Positions 1 to 13,810 of a stretch of 64,000 nt of DNA are shown one piece after another; positions within the stretch are counted from its first letter, which is position 1; the number at the start of each line of letters is the position of its first letter. The notes under the pieces were generated by a model. The model saw nothing but the letters and a program-made list of their open reading frames with translations. It had not been told where the DNA came from and made no database searches. The translations under genes and the position numbers were made by a program. This DNA is from Felis catus (Eukaryota): NCBI RefSeq assembly GCF_018350175.1, contig NC_058368.1:181786001-181850000 (forward strand). Direction: 5' to 3'.

Positions 1-1347
1 CAAAATTGCACCAGCATTCTTCTCGAAACTAGAACAAGCAATCCTAAAATTCATATGGAACCACAAAAGGCCCCGAATAGCCAAAGGAATTTTGAAGAAG
101 ACCAAAGCAGGAAGCATCACAATCCCAGACTTTAGCCTCTACTACAAAGCTGTCATCATCAAGACAGCATGGTATTGGCACAAAAACAGACACATAGACC
201 AATGGAATAGAATAGAAACCCCAGAACTAGGCCCACAAACGTATGGCCAACTCATCTTTGACAAAGCAGGAAAGAACATCCAATGGAAAAAAGACAGCCT
301 CTTTAACAAATGGTGCTGGGAGAACTGGACAGCAACATGCAAAAGATTGAAACTAGACCACTTTCTCACCCCACTCACAAAAATAAACTCAAAATGGATA
401 GACAGGAAAATGTGAGACAAAATGTGAGACAGGAAACCATCAAAACCCTAGAGGAGAAAGCAGGAAAAGACCTCTCTGACCTCAGCCATAGCAATCTCTT
501 ACTTGACACATCCCCAAAGGCAAGGGAATTAAAAGCAAAAATGAACTACTGGGACCTTATGAAGATAAAAAGCTTCTGCACAGCAAAGGAAACAACCAAC
601 AAAACTAAAAGGCAACCAACGGAATGGGAAAAGATATTTGCAAATGACATATCAGACAAAGGGCTAGTATCCAAAATCTATAAAGAGCTCACCAAACTCC
701 ACACCCGAAAAACAAATAACCCAGTGAAGAAATGGGCAGAAAACATGAATAGACACTTCTCTAAAGAAGACATCCGGATGGCCAACAGGCACATGAAAAT
801 ATGTTCAACGTCACGCCTCATCAGGGAAATACAAATCAAAACCACACTCAGATATCACCTCACGCCAGTCAGAGTGGCCAAAATGAACAAATCAGGAGAC
901 TATAGATGCTGGCGAGGATGTGGAGAAACGGGAACCCTCTTGCACTGTTGGTGGGAATGCAAATTGGTGCAGCCACTCTAGAAAACAGTGTGGAGGTTCC
1001 TCAGAAAATTAAAAATAGACCTCCCCTATGACCCAGCAATAGCACTGCTAGGAATTTACCCAAGGGATACAGGAGTACTGATGCATAGGGCCACTTGTAC
1101 CCCAATGTTTATAGCAGCACTCTCAACAATAGCCAAATTATGGAAAGAGCCTAAATGTCCATCAACTGATGAATGGATAAAAAAATTGTGGTTTATATAC
1201 ACAATGGAGTACTACGTGGCAATGAGAAAGAATGAAATACGGCCCTTTGTAGCAACATGGATGGAACTGGAGAGTGTTATGCTAAGTGAAATAAGCCATA
1301 CAGAGAAAGACAGGTACCATATGGTTTCACTCTTATGTGGATCCTGA
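1..1347 (+). pseudogene. Disrupted L1 ORF2p coding remnant
   Basis: ORFs 92-415, 310-981 and 988-1347 are pieces of one ORF2: frameshifting rearrangement at about 401-430, in-frame TAG at 979-981, natural stop TGA 1345-1347. Confidence 0.93.
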
Positions 1348-1580
1348 GAAACTTAACAGAAACCCATGGGGGAGGGGAAGGAAAAAAAAAAAAAGAGGTT
1401 AGAGTGGGAGAGAGCCAAAGCATAAGAGACTCTTAAAAACTGAAAACAAACTGAGGGTTGATGGGGGGTGGGAGGGAGGGGAGGGTGGGTGATAGGTATT
1501 GAGGAGGGCACCTTGTGGGATGAGCATTGGGTGTTGTATGGAAACCAATTTGACAATAAACTTCATATATTGAAAAAAAA
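1..1580 (+). mobile_element. LINE-1 (felid L1_Fc-like) 3' portion: ORF2 C-terminus, 3' UTR, polyA; 5' part outside window
   Basis: ORF2 peptides ([72 protein letters not shown]); G-rich 3' UTR about 1455-1491; AATAAA 1555-1560; A tail 1573-1580. Confidence 0.98.
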
Positions 1581-2324
1581 CTGATTAAATAGCTAATCTT
1601 AGCAGTTAGCCAAGACAGAAAAGCAGTATGGTTCATATGTCTGCTGATTAAGAAAATACATATACACAGACACACATACATCACATATATACATATAAAA
1701 TATATATACTTGAAATCAAATAAGATTTTTGTTTTGTAACATGTAATATTATATATTTTCCTATTAAATTTTATTATTTAATTACAAATTTACAAGCAGA
1801 TGCTGAAAGGTGCATGAATCATGCACAGTATTGATTGCATTTTCAGTGCTTTTTTCTCTTCTGTTGTATTAAAACAGAAAGCAGTTTATTACTTCTATCC
1901 ACAATTAAAATGTAACTATCTTTTGGGTAACTGGCAATAAAGCTATATACTCATTTGCTGAAAGATAAAATTCTAGCAGATATTTTTGCATTTCCCCCCT
2001 TTTTCCAGTGACCCAACCTAATCCTCCCAAATATTACTAAAAACTTGCATTATTTTCAAGCCTCTTATTCAAAACCTCATAAAACAGTGGGAAATGGAAT
2101 TGAGGCAGGGGTGGAATGATGTAGGGTAAAATTCAGGTATCATAAGTATTGCTTTATGGTGGTAACAATAGACAATCAAGTTTAAAATTAATTTAAGCAT
2201 ATATAATTTATCTGGATTGAAATAAACCTATAGAAGGAGGTCTTCCAAAGAGCTTTATGAGGCTGAGAGAAATCAGTGCATCTTTAAAGCTTTGACAGGG
2301 ACCTATTTTTTCCTTTTATTACTT

Positions 2325-2485
2325 TTTAGCTATGTAACCTGTTAGAAACTACTCATTTCTTTGTCTGTAAAGTAATGATAATAACAATTCTACTTCTCAG
2401 TGTTGTTATCTGAGGATTGACTCACAACATATAAAAGCTTAGAAGAGCAAAGAGAACATAGTACATGCTGAGTAATGTTGCATAG
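2325..2485 (+). mobile_element. MIR relic
   Basis: Core-like tagctatgtaacct...tgtctgtaaagtaatgataataac...aaagcttagaagag. Confidence 0.6.
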
Positions 2486-3087
2486 CATCACCATCATCAC
2501 TAAAATGCAGACAACATGAAGATTTCACCATGGCTTCAGAAAGCCTGAGAAGATCAGAAACATCAGAGGACTCTGTTTTATATGAATATTATACTATATA
2601 TAAAATAATGGATATCAAAAGTCTCCTTCCTGCTATCCATTGTGAAGAAGTCATTTTTGTGATCTCTACAGAATTCCTTTGAAACAAGGTAGACATGTTA
2701 CACTGCTCACTCCCAGTGAGTCTGCTGGCTTCATGGGGATGAAATACTCTACAGGATTTGTTTTGATCTTCTCTAAGTAACTTCAGGATCCACAGAAGTT
2801 CTTGAAAGATGAAGGAGGATAACGCTTTAAATATTCATTGTCTGGCCTATAAACACAATTTGTACTATATTGTAGGTTAGTAAGTCATATTATGAGTTAA
2901 TGAATATGACTCAGGAGTAAGTGACTTACAAATGAATTTTGTATCATATCTTACTCAGAAATTAGGTACTCCCCATATAAGTATAAATTTAAATTTATTT
3001 ATTTTTCATATTTGGTTGCCTCCTTTTTGCCTACATGAGTGTAGTCTGACTTGGGTCAGGGACTCAACATGTCACTTTTAATAGAAA

Positions 3088-3310
3088 AATAATTGACAAA
3101 TGTTTTCTATAAAGAGTCAGATAATGAACATGCTCACTTTTATGGGCCAGAGGATCTCTGCCAAAACTATTCAAGTCTAATCTTGAAGCACAAAAGTGGT
3201 TATAGGTAATATGTAAACAAATAGGCATGTCAATGTTACAATAAATCCTTACTTATGAAAACAGGTGGGTGCCTAGATTTGACCCAAGGACCATAGTTTG
3301 CCAACCCCTG
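3088..3310 (+). mobile_element. hAT-Charlie non-autonomous DNA transposon, MER58A-like
   Basis: Colinear with recalled MER58A; ends ccatagtttgccaacccctg. Confidence 0.85.
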
Positions 3311-4104
3311 AAAAGAAACATAAGGTCAAGCTTTTCTAGCATGGCCTAGAAATTTCTTTGGCTTTAATATTGTTCTGATTTACAGCAGTGATTTGGGAAA
3401 AATGAAAATTTCTTTAGTTTATATAATGGGAGGCCTGTATCTCAGTCACTCCTACAAAGGGGATGCCTTCCTTTCGATTAACCATAGTTTGAAGCCTTCA
3501 TGTGGGTTTCTTTTATGGCTAGCACTGTGAGATATTTATTATTTATTTAAAGAATGCAATCTTGTGACTAAAGAATGTATGCATTATTCAAACTGTAATA
3601 ATTTTTTTTAAGTCTCTGGTATATAAAGATACCTTGAGTGTAAGTGTATTTGAAAAGAATTCTTTCTCTCACATTGTTATGCAGACATCCTTGAGCTGTA
3701 ACACGATTTGCACATCTGATTCTTTTCAGTATTTTCTCACCAACGCTTTTATGAAAAATACTCTGTTATTTTACAGATAATTTGAAAACTACCATACTTC
3801 ATATTGTAGGGACTACAGTGTGACATTATCAGGACTATAAAGCAATTTTATCAAGAGGGATAAAGGAAAAGAACTACTCTTTTTTTTCTTCCTTTCCCTT
3901 TACTTTTTTTTCCCCCCAATAGGAAAGCACAGAGGAAATCCTGAAAAAATGAAATTATCCTTTCAACTTTGGCTCTTGAGCTTAATTTTTTTTTCTTTCT
4001 CTTGAAAGACATGATTTCATACCATTTGATAATACTGAGATAGGTATGTTTTACTTAATAATTGGGACAAAGGACTGAAGCTCAAATCCTACGCATAATT
4101 TAAA

Positions 4105-4260
4105 TTTTGACATTGACTTTCCATCTGGACTGGGAAAAAAATTAGCTTCTCCCTTAACTTGTACTTACCTATCTTGTTACAATATAATGAAAAGTAATTA
4201 GTCAGTGTAAGCAAAACACTTGGAAGATGAGAATGCCTTGTAAGTGCTAGATAATATTAA
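4105..4260 (+). mobile_element. MIR relic
   Basis: Degenerate core and 3' end (gtaagcaaaacacttggaag...gtaagtgctag). Confidence 0.45.
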
Positions 4261-5147
4261 AGATGTCACTGTTGGAATGAGTGACTCCTGCCAAAATACT
4301 TTTAGGAAGAATATTACCTTGTATTTAAAGCCCTAATTTAATTTTCACTAAAATGTTATTGCTTTTTTTGTTAAATAGATTGAATAACCATAAAGTCTTT
4401 GATCAAATTAACGCTACCATGGATGGATTATTATCACATTTTGGTTGGAACATACACTATGTATTGATCTTAGTGATGTTTTATTCATGTTAGAAATTAT
4501 GTCAATACAAGCCATTTGGACAGATGGAGAGTCATATACTTAACTACAGAATTTAACTACCTGTCCTTGTTTCCTTGATTTCTGCATTTCATTAAAGAAC
4601 CATTTTTATTAGCAAATCTAAGAATTAATGAGCTTGATGCTCACTTACATCACTGGGTTTTCCAGTGACACTTTCTATATCACCTGCAGATTAGCCTTCT
4701 GGGCACACAGAGTCATTCTCCTCTCCCCAGAATCTTTACATGAAACCTGCTTTGACATTAGTCATAGCAGACCAGAATTTAATGATTTTCAAGTACTGGT
4801 AAATAAAACTGCATAGATTGCCTCAAATTTGTGAATAGTGCAAAAACAAACATTAATATAATTAATGGTGAATAGTTTTTCTACCTTTCTTGCAGATAAA
4901 TCCTGCCTCATATCTGTTTAAAATAAAGATATTTTAATTGGCATGTTGTAACTGACTTTCACTTCTTTTAATATGCAGTGATATAACAAACTCTCTATGA
5001 ACTTAACTATTTGTAGGTTGGGTTTTGTGTTTGTTGATGATTAATCTAAAAATTAGTGGATAAAATCAAGAATATGCCCCCTCACCCCCTAATGAAGTAT
5101 AGAGAATATAAATAGCTTCTTTGGGTCTGGTAGTATTCAGTATATAC

Positions 5148-5606
5148 TGTTTTTTTAAATGCTGCCTTAATCCAATTGTGAGGCTGGCTAGAGACCTGGC
5201 AATTCTTCTTGAGCAGCTAGGTTCATACCCCAGCTGCCCTCCTTGTCAGGCTCTCACAGCCCTGGCCATTATACATCCACCCAAAACCAGGTACCCGATA
5301 ACCACAGACAACCCTTACATGCTGGACCTCGCTGAAATTATTCAAATTAGCCAATCAAAGTCCTGCTTACCCTGCTGTGTCATTCTTTGCCCTGGAAACC
5401 GCAGTAAAGATGCTTGCCCACAGTTCCCCCTTCCTCTGTCTGTAATGGAACCCAGGGATCCTCTGTCTGCCACCTACCACCCACAGGTGTGGCCTGTATA
5501 CTCAACCTTGGGAACTATGAGTAGAATTAACTACCTTTTCAATGGCAGTCATTTCCTGATCTATGTATGAGCCTTGTCATACCTACATAATAAGCCTATT
5601 AAAACA
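5148..5606 (+). mobile_element. ERVL solo LTR, MER74-like
   Basis: TG...CA ends with tgtttt/aaaaca inverted termini; aattattcaaattagccaatc and cttgggaactatgagta...cttttcaatggcagt match recalled MER74; no clear TSD. Confidence 0.78.
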
Positions 5607-5640
5607 AACTGGAATTATTTTGTTTTGCTTTTTCATTATA

Positions 5641-5771
5641 TCTTTCTCTCTCTCCATAGTTCTCTCCTTCCTTCCTCCCTCCCTCTTTTCCTCTGTCCCT
5701 TTCTATTTCTCTCCCTCTCTCCATCCCTTCATTCTTCCTTTCCTTCTTCCCTCCCTACCATTCCTCCTTCC
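5641..5771. repeat. Pyrimidine-rich low-complexity tract (degenerate CCTT/CT)
   Basis: Direct reading. Confidence 0.85.
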
Positions 5772-6329
5772 AACAATACACATCTGTGCTCTCTGACTTA
5801 AAGATGCTTTCTTATAATTTGTACTTTACAACTCTGATATTTGCTACATTTTAAAACTAAGACCAGAGTAATAACAGAAATATCAAGCAGTAGGCCACAT
5901 GGAGGATTCATCAGGCATTTTTATGATACCAAGAATAGGGCCATGTAGAAGAGATATTTCGTCTAAGTAGGCAGTGAAGGGCTGGCCAGCCCACTGAAGC
6001 CAACTCAAGTAGATTCATGAATGTTGTTGATGACCTGCCTTCTGTTTTCAAGGTGCTTCCTGATGCCTCCCATGCTACCATGCCCCTGGCTCCCAGTCAC
6101 TCCTGTCATGGAGCACACAAACTGTAATTATGTCATTGTGATAAGTGGGTCTCATTCATGCAAAATGAGAAAATAGATAAGATGCTAATGTTACAAAAGG
6201 AATTCAGTTTATGGAGGTAGACTCGGCCTTTAGTGCTTATCTTAGTTGTTATTTTCTCTGAAAGACCTTCCCCAACTTCTCCTGCTGTTATGTATAGAAT
6301 AGACTGAATAGATTATTAGAGATTGCTGT

Positions 6330-9300
6330 TAATGGGTTTGGGGGAAGAGCCACGGAGCAAAGTACCATTTTGATTAGATCATACCAATGATGGCTTATCA
6401 CTGGTGATACTGAATTTGATCACCTGGCTGAAGTAGGATTTGCTAGGTTTCTCTACTGTGAAATTGCTCTTATTTTCCTTCTTTCCAGACTGTATTCTTT
6501 GGAAAGAAGTCACTATACAGAGTCTACACGTTAGGAACAGGGAGTCATGGTCCAATGCCTTGAGAGTGGAATATCGACATAAATTGTTTATAATTATTAT
6601 GCATGAGAGATTTATCTCTTTTCCCCATTTATTTATTTATTCAATAACTTATATCAGCACAAACTTATGTAAATTTACGGATATTTTATACTTTAGGTCA
6701 GATTCTAATTTATGCTTTATTTTATCTTGTTACTCAAATAGTTTCAGCTTTGGCCACTGAATGTTATTTCATTTGACTGCTACGTCCATTTAATGTACCT
6801 CCTTCATTGTGGGAGCTGTTTTGTTTTGGTTTTATTTTCAGTTTGGTGTTTAGCACTGTCTTACCGTCTTACATCACAGGGTGCTCCAAGCTCATCTTGT
6901 ACATTTTTTGACCCAGTCCTAGAATCAGTCTTTTCTCCATGGAGGCCACATTCTTTTTACTGGAGAATAGTATTTGAAATCAAGACCTTGATACTAGTGT
7001 GTTCATTGCTACTGAGGTGTCATTGCTTCTAAGCTTGACAAAACAATGAAGTATATGTGAGTATACTAACGAGAGTATATAGACATATTTATAAGTATTT
7101 CCATATTTAACCATCTGTAATTATATTAACCTAAACATAAATTCATATTAATATCTCCAAGTGTAATCCATTACTATCTAGGTCATTTTAGACTTCTCGC
7201 TTTGCTTATCTGTAACTTCCCATTTCAACAGTGAGAAACCTGACTCTCACCATTTGCCATCCACTTTCTCAATTGTTCCATTTCAGGATTCATGGGTAAT
7301 AGCTTCAGAATCACTGAGTCATAAATCTGAGGGAATCAAGCTTACCAACTAGAGTACAGTGCTTATGTAGTTCATTTTGACGTTAATCTTACAGACTCCA
7401 CTCATTCCCAGGGTTACTTAGGTCAGCACCTTTTCTCCCACAGACTCCAGTGAGATTATTTTATAGGCTTGTAAATACACTTATATTGTTTTATCACATT
7501 TTGATTTCCACCCTGGAATACCCTGCACACCTAAATGATTTTTAAAAAAAAAAACTGCGAATGTGCCACTCCTCAGGCTATTAAGTTCTATGAGTTTTGA
7601 CTGATGCGGTGTCATATATGTAGAGAGAGTATCTTATAGATACCATACTTACAGTATCATACTGTCCTAAAAGTTCCCCTGTGCTTCACCTACTCAACAA
7701 ACCCCCACACCTTGAGTCTCTAGCAATCGCAGACCTTTGTACCATTGCTCTAGTTTTATCTTTTTCAGAATGTCATACAGTTAGGACCATGTAATTTATA
7801 GAATTTTCAGATTGTCTTCTTTCACTTAGAACCATTAAAAATGAAAATAACCAATAAAAATAAAACACTCTTCTTTTCTTTATTAGATTCAAGCTTCTTA
7901 CCTTTAATATTTTCCTTCTGCCTGAAAAAAAAAAAACTTCTTTTAACATTTCCTACAGAGCAAGTCTGTTAGAGATGGATTCTCTCAATTTTTGTTTGTC
8001 CAAGAAAGTGTTTACCCTTTACTTTTGAAGGACAATTTTGTTGGATATAAAATTCCAGATTGGTGGTTTCTTTCTTTTATTACTTTAAATATTTCACTCT
8101 ATTGTCTCTTTCTTTGCATGCTTCTAATGAGAAGTCTATTAAATCCTCTGTAGGTAAATTATCTGTAAGATACTTAGCCTCCCCTGGCATCCTTCAAAAT
8201 TGTCTCCTTTTTCTCTTTGTCTTTGGTTTTCTGAAATTTGAATATAATATTCCTAAATGTAAATGTCTGGGTATTTATTGTGCTTGATTTGTGAGCTTTC
8301 TTCATCTGTGCTTTGGTGTCTTGCATTGATTTTGGAAAATTCTTAACCATAATTTCTTCAAATACTTCTTCTGTTCTGTTCTCTCTTCTCCCTGGTATTC
8401 CAACTATATGTATGCTCATCTTGTGAAGTTTTCCAACAGTTCTTGGACTCCTGTTTTATTTTTTATTATTATTATTTTTCTCTTTCCATTTGAAAACTTT
8501 CTTATTTATCTTCAAACTTATGGATTGTTTCCCTGATCATGTGTAATCCACTGATGAGACAGTCAAAGCCACCTTTCATCTATGTTACAGTATTTTTTAA
8601 TTCTACTATTTATTTTTGACACTTTCTTAGAGTTTCTACCTCTCTTATTATATTGACCATTGTTTTTACATGTCTACTTTTTCCATTAGAGTTCTTAATA
8701 TATTGATCATAGTTACTTTAAATTCTCTGTCTGATAATGTCAAAATTTTTATCATATCTGAGTTTTGTTCTCATGTTTTTTCTCTTCAGACTGTGTTTTT
8801 TCTTACCTTTTAGCATACCTTGTAAGTGATTGGAATTGAGATAAATATATTCTTACTGTTAGGTTTTATATTAATCTGAATAGGAGTTGGCCTGTGCTTT
8901 ATGTTTGTTGCAACTATAGGTGCCAGAGGCTTTAAGTTTCTCTAGAGGACTTGTCTTTCACTCCTATGTTGTCTTTGGATTTCTCTAAGAACTTTTCCTT
9001 GGATAAAGTCTGTGTCTTACAGCTCTTTCAGCTTTAATTCACTGCTATTATCCTGGAGCTTTGTTCATGTGGTGATAAGGTATAGGAGAAGGGAAGCATT
9101 CCATAATTTATGAATCTCAATTTTCTAATGGTCATGTGTCCCTTGGCTGTGACCTTCACAAAGTATTTTTAGATCCCTAACTCAACCCTTCCAGGGGTTT
9201 GATTTGGAGAAGTGTTATTCCCCACTTTGGATAAGGTTCTAGTAAAGTATTTTCTCTGGATGGTAAGCCTTTATTATGGAGAATGATCTGGGTATATTTC

Positions 9301-9700
9301 CTAATGGATACTCTTCCCTTTCCCAGCCAGACTCATGAGGGAATCTTTCATGAGGGAGGATAAAGCCCATGAATGTGTGGAGAGTCTCTGAATGTGGCCT
9401 CCAGGATTTTCTCACTGTCAAGGGCATCCATGCTTAGCCTCCAAAAGTTTCTTACAATTACCATTTAAGAATTCCTGCTAGTTTATGGATCCAGCAGCTT
9501 CTGCTCCAGTTATAGATCCTGGTTATGCCTTTAGGGATTTTCCTTTCTTTGTATATATTGTCATGGGGGTTTGCCTTGGAACCTCAGTTCTAATGGATAC
9601 AAGAAAAGACAATGATTTACAGTTTATTCAGCTTTTCTTGTTTGTTTTAATAATAGCAGTGATAACTTCCAAGGTCTTTACATGTCACAGCTAGAACTTG
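6330..9700 (-). mobile_element. Old eutherian L1 (L1MD/L1MC-like): 5' end, ORF1 remnant and 3' UTR, ORF2 nearly absent
   Basis: ORF1p peptide at 8174-8419 (IHIVGIPG...EEVFEEIMVKNFPK...IIFKFQKTKDKE); ORF1 C-terminal remnant about 7900-8070; 5'-end-like sequence about 9560-9700; long 3' UTR about 6330-7700. Confidence 0.85.
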
Positions 9701-9709
9701 AATTTTAAT

Positions 9710-9940
9710 AAGATTTTTATGATATACTGTTAAGTGAAAGAGAAGCATGTTATAAAACATGATATAAAGTGTAAGTTTTTATTATTTACATGCATGCATA
9801 TATAATGAAAAAAAATACCAAAATATTAACAATTCTTATTTCAGAATTTGGGGAAGAAAGGTTATTTTATGTTATTTTCATCTACTTCTTTCACTGAGTT
9901 ATCTCAAGTTTCTACAACAAATTATATCATTTTGACAACA
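9710..9940 (+). mobile_element. L1ME-like 3' end fragment
   Basis: gatatactgttaagtgaaagagaagcatgttataaaac...ataccaaaatattaacaa. Confidence 0.55.
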
Positions 9941-10012
9941 TATTATTTTTATCTTTTTATTATGAAATATTTTAAACATTATAAAGAAAGTAATAGACAG
10001 CTAATTATCCTT

Positions 10013-10218
10013 TTTTTTAATGTTTATTTATTTTTGAGACAGAGACAGAGCATGAGTGGGGGAGGGGCAGAGACAGAGGGAGACACAGAATCCAAAGGAG
10101 GCTCCAGGCTCTGAGCTGTCAGCACCAGAGCCCGACACGGGGCTCGAACTCACAGACTGTGAGATCATGACCTGAGCTGAAGTCGGACGCTTAACCAACT
10201 GAACCACTCAGGTGCCCC
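10013..10218 (-). mobile_element. CanSINE (felid SINEC)
   Basis: tRNA-derived head, (CT)n, A tail on minus strand; TSD ctaattatcctt 10001-10012 / 10218-10229. Confidence 0.97.
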
Positions 10219-10699
10219 TAATTATCCTTCTTTAGAGGAAGTGTTTGTCCTGGTTTGTGTTTTAAAAACTTACAAATATGGTATTTAGTATATGTATTGT
10301 TCTACAACTCACAAATTCCAGTTTAAGATCTGGATCCCTATGATCCAGGAATTTCTCTTCTACATATTCTTGAGCTATTCCCCTATCATAATAAAGCAGG
10401 TTTAAAAATAAAATTTATTTTGTATTATAACAGGGCAAAAAATAAAAATTGAAAACAGCCTAAATTTCCACCAATTAGAGAATAGGGAACAAATTAGCAC
10501 ATTCATACAAATTCTGTAGAAAAATTCTGTAGAAAAATTAAAATAGATGCATTAGATCTACATGTTATCAACATAACTAAATCTCCCATAACATTATACT
10601 GAATAAACAATTTATAAATATTAAAATGAAAATAGCATTCACTCTTCACCCTGTTTCCTAAATTAATAGTAATATTCTCTTGCTAATAGTTGAACAGCT

Positions 10700-11780
10700 G
10701 TCCTGGAGATCTTCCATTTCACCTATTCCATCCTCCTCAGCTGCTCCAATTCCAACATTTATACTTAAGATATCATCCAGTACTACTTGGATTTCACATG
10801 ACTCTTCCACATTTTAATGATCATTTTCACTCATTTTGCACATCTTTAAACACTTTTTTATTTTATCCTGAACTAAGGAGTGTCTAAGATGTCATTCTCC
10901 GAAATTCGAGAGTACCATCACCTTCTTTCTCTCGTTTTTCCTGTCAATGCAGTCTTGCTGAGAATGTTCCTTTGTCCTTATGAAAATCTTCATATCTTCA
11001 GCTTTTCACTGTTTCCTCATTTCATGAGATTTTTGTAGGTATCCCTTGTCTCTTCCCAGCCTTGATAACAGATTAAGCTATTTCACTGACACTCTCATTA
11101 ATGCCATAGATTCATGGCTTCCTTTTTTTTTTTTTAATTTTCGAATTCTGTCAATTTTCAACACTGAGTCTGTCCTTCCCCCAACTCGAGGTCCATTTTC
11201 TCTATTCCTTGGCTTCTGAACGTTGCTGGGGGAAGTTACAAAATCCATACCACATAAAACTCACTAATTTCTAACACAATTAGATTTATAGAGCTGCTTG
11301 GTAACAACTATCTACATACTGTTTTTTTATTATGTACATGAGGAGGTTTCATATCTTCTCTGGTCTCCTCAAAATCTTTGATTATTTTACTGGCTGGAAA
11401 TAATCTTGATATCTATCCCATTGTCTTCACTTCTGACAATGTTAAGTTTGTTTAAGTTCCTTTATCTTTCTCCTCCGTATCTCAATATTGTTGTGTATGT
11501 TGAGCCAGTATTTCCTGCCTCCTTCTGCTTGTAGAAGAAATATGACTCTTTCCTGTCAAAACTGAGAGCTACCTGTATGCTTTTGTTTTGACATCCTACA
11601 CACGTCATGATGATTTTACTCTTTTACCTTTCCACTTGTATTGTCTATTTCTTCTTTCTTTAGGGCCCCTGCTCTCCTGCTTACAAATATACTTAGACCT
11701 CCCCAATCCCAATGGAATTTTATATTTTTCTTGCTGTTACCTTAGGTTATCATCCAATCTCTCTTTTAATCTCTCTTTTA
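10700..11780 (+). mobile_element. Highly decayed L2 internal region
   Basis: Pyrimidine-rich with L2-like motifs (ctgaacgttgctgggggaagttacaaaatcc). Confidence 0.4.
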
Positions 11781-12134
11781 CTCTTGCTTGCCAAAATGTT
11801 ACTTTCATATATAAAATTTACAATTCTATAAAAGACTACCACAATATCAAAGTCTACCACAATTGAGGTTACGTATGTATTAATATTTATCATACTTACT
11901 TAAAAATATTTTTAACAGAAACTAATAAAACATAACTCTAAAAGCACTACTATCTAAGCCCTGCCCCAAAGGCTGTCACTCTCTTGAAGCAGACATTGCC
12001 ATTCCCACGCATTGTTTGTATTTTGTATTTTTTACATTCTCTATATACAAAACACCTGCACTATTTTTTTTTTGTCTTTAAAAAGTTCAAAAAGGGTTAC
12101 ATTCTTCAATTTGTTTTCACCTCACTTTAGGCTT

Positions 12135-12353
12135 TTTGTTTTTAATGTTTGTTTGTTTGTTTATATTTTGGCGGGGAGGGGACAAATGCAATGGAAGGAA
12201 GGGCAGAGACAGAGGGAGACAGAAAATGCCAAGCAGGCTCTGCACTGTCAGCACAGAGCCCAACACGGGGCTTGAACTCATGAACCATGAGATCATGACT
12301 AGAGGGGAAATCAAGAGTGGGACGCTTAACTGACTGAGCTGCCTAGGCACTCC
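12135..12353 (-). mobile_element. CanSINE (older)
   Basis: Diverged SINEC body; degenerate TSD tcacctcactttagg / tcaccccacattagg. Confidence 0.95.
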
Positions 12354-12654
12354 TCACCCCACATTAGGTTTTAAAATTAATGTCAATACATATAATTCTG
12401 TTTTATTAATTTTAACAAACAATTGTATAAATGTGCACTGTATGAATAAACCACAATTTATTTATCTCTTTTCCTTTTGAAGGATTTATATCATTTTCCT
12501 TTCTCTACTATTACAAGCAGCATTGCCAATATCTCCTTGTCTATGTGGCAGAGCTGCTTTTCCTATGGGTATTGTTCATTTGAGTGTTCTTCTCAATAAA
12601 TTGGCCATTTAGTAGACTTGTCCACTTTTTATTTTTATTTTTTATTATTGATTC

Positions 12655-13810
12655 ACATTCACTTATTTATTTAACAACTACTTAGTAAACATCCACTGTT
12701 ATAGGCACTCTTTTAGGTGCAGGAGAAACTTCAATGAACGAAACAAAATGGCTGCCCTTGTGGAGCTGACATTTCTGAAGGGGTGTAGATAAAGAATGGA
12801 ATGAAGTTAGTAAAATATATAGTCTTATGCAAGGTGATAGGCAAAATGAAAATAAAAATGATGCACAGTGAAGGGAACTGTGCAGGTTACGTTGTGAAGT
12901 ACTGTGATTGGGGTAGCGCTTACTGAGGGGAGATTCAAGCAGACTGGATATTGCTAAGGGAGTTAGCCAAATAGTTTCTCACAGAAAAAGGCATTTCAGA
13001 CAAAGGAACCAGCTAGGCCAAAGTCTGTAAGGTAGATGCATGCCTGTCATGTCTTAAGATCAGAAGGGAGACTAGCCTGTGGCTGGACCAGAGTGATTAA
13101 GGGAGGAAGAAGTTGCAGGGGAGATGAGAAAGCCACTGTAGGGTTCTGAGCAGAAATCTGCTCTAAGGTTTTAAATGATCATGTGGGTTCTGTGTAGGAA
13201 TACAATAGCAGCAGAGAGGCCAGTGAGGAGGCAATTGTAACACTGGCAAAAGATGATGACGGCTTGAACCAGAATGGTAGTAACATACATGATGTAAAGT
13301 GCACAGATTCTGGATATACTTTGAAAATAAACAGGGACAGGATGTGAATTGTGTGTGTGAGAAAAGAGGTGTCAAGAACTGCTCCAGAAGGGGCACCTGG
13401 GTGGCTCAGTAGGTTAAGCATTGGACTTAGGCTCAGGTCATGATCTCCTGATTCATGAGTTTGAGCCCCCCATTGGGCTCTGTGCTGGAGCCTGCTTCAG
13501 ATTCTGTGTCTTCCTCTTTCTCTGTCCCTCCCCCACTCACTGTCTCTCTCTGTCCTTCAAAAATGAATAAATGTTAAAAAACTGAAGAAAAAAAAAATAA
13601 ACAACTGCTCCAGGCTAGAGTTTGTCTTGCAACACTGGAAGGAGGGTGGTGCATCAATTGAGGTGGGAAGGCTGGGGGTGGATCACAGTTTGAGATGCCT
13701 ATTAGTCATCAAAAGCAGAACTGAGTCTGGATGGATAAAATCAGCAAGGGTGTAAGTTAGAAAGAGAAGAGTACCAAGGATTGGGATCTATGGTAGTCTA
13801 ACTTTAAAGT
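12655..13810 (-). mobile_element. L2 relic interrupted by a CanSINE
   Basis: L2 3' end (atttaacaactacttagtaaacatccactgttataggcact) and internal motifs (gatgacggcttgaaccag; gtttgagatgcctattagtcatc). Confidence 0.8.
13390..13602 (+). mobile_element. CanSINE
   Basis: ggggcacctgggtggctcagt head; TSD aactgctccag 13377-13387 / 13603-13613. Confidence 0.97.

Noticed and set aside
92..1347. Longest ORFs (107, 223 and 119 aa) as a functional gene
   Set aside because: Fragments of L1 ORF2 broken by a frameshift and a premature stop
5121..5570. 149-aa ORF
   Set aside because: Non-ATG start, lies almost entirely in a MER74-like LTR, no recognisable domain
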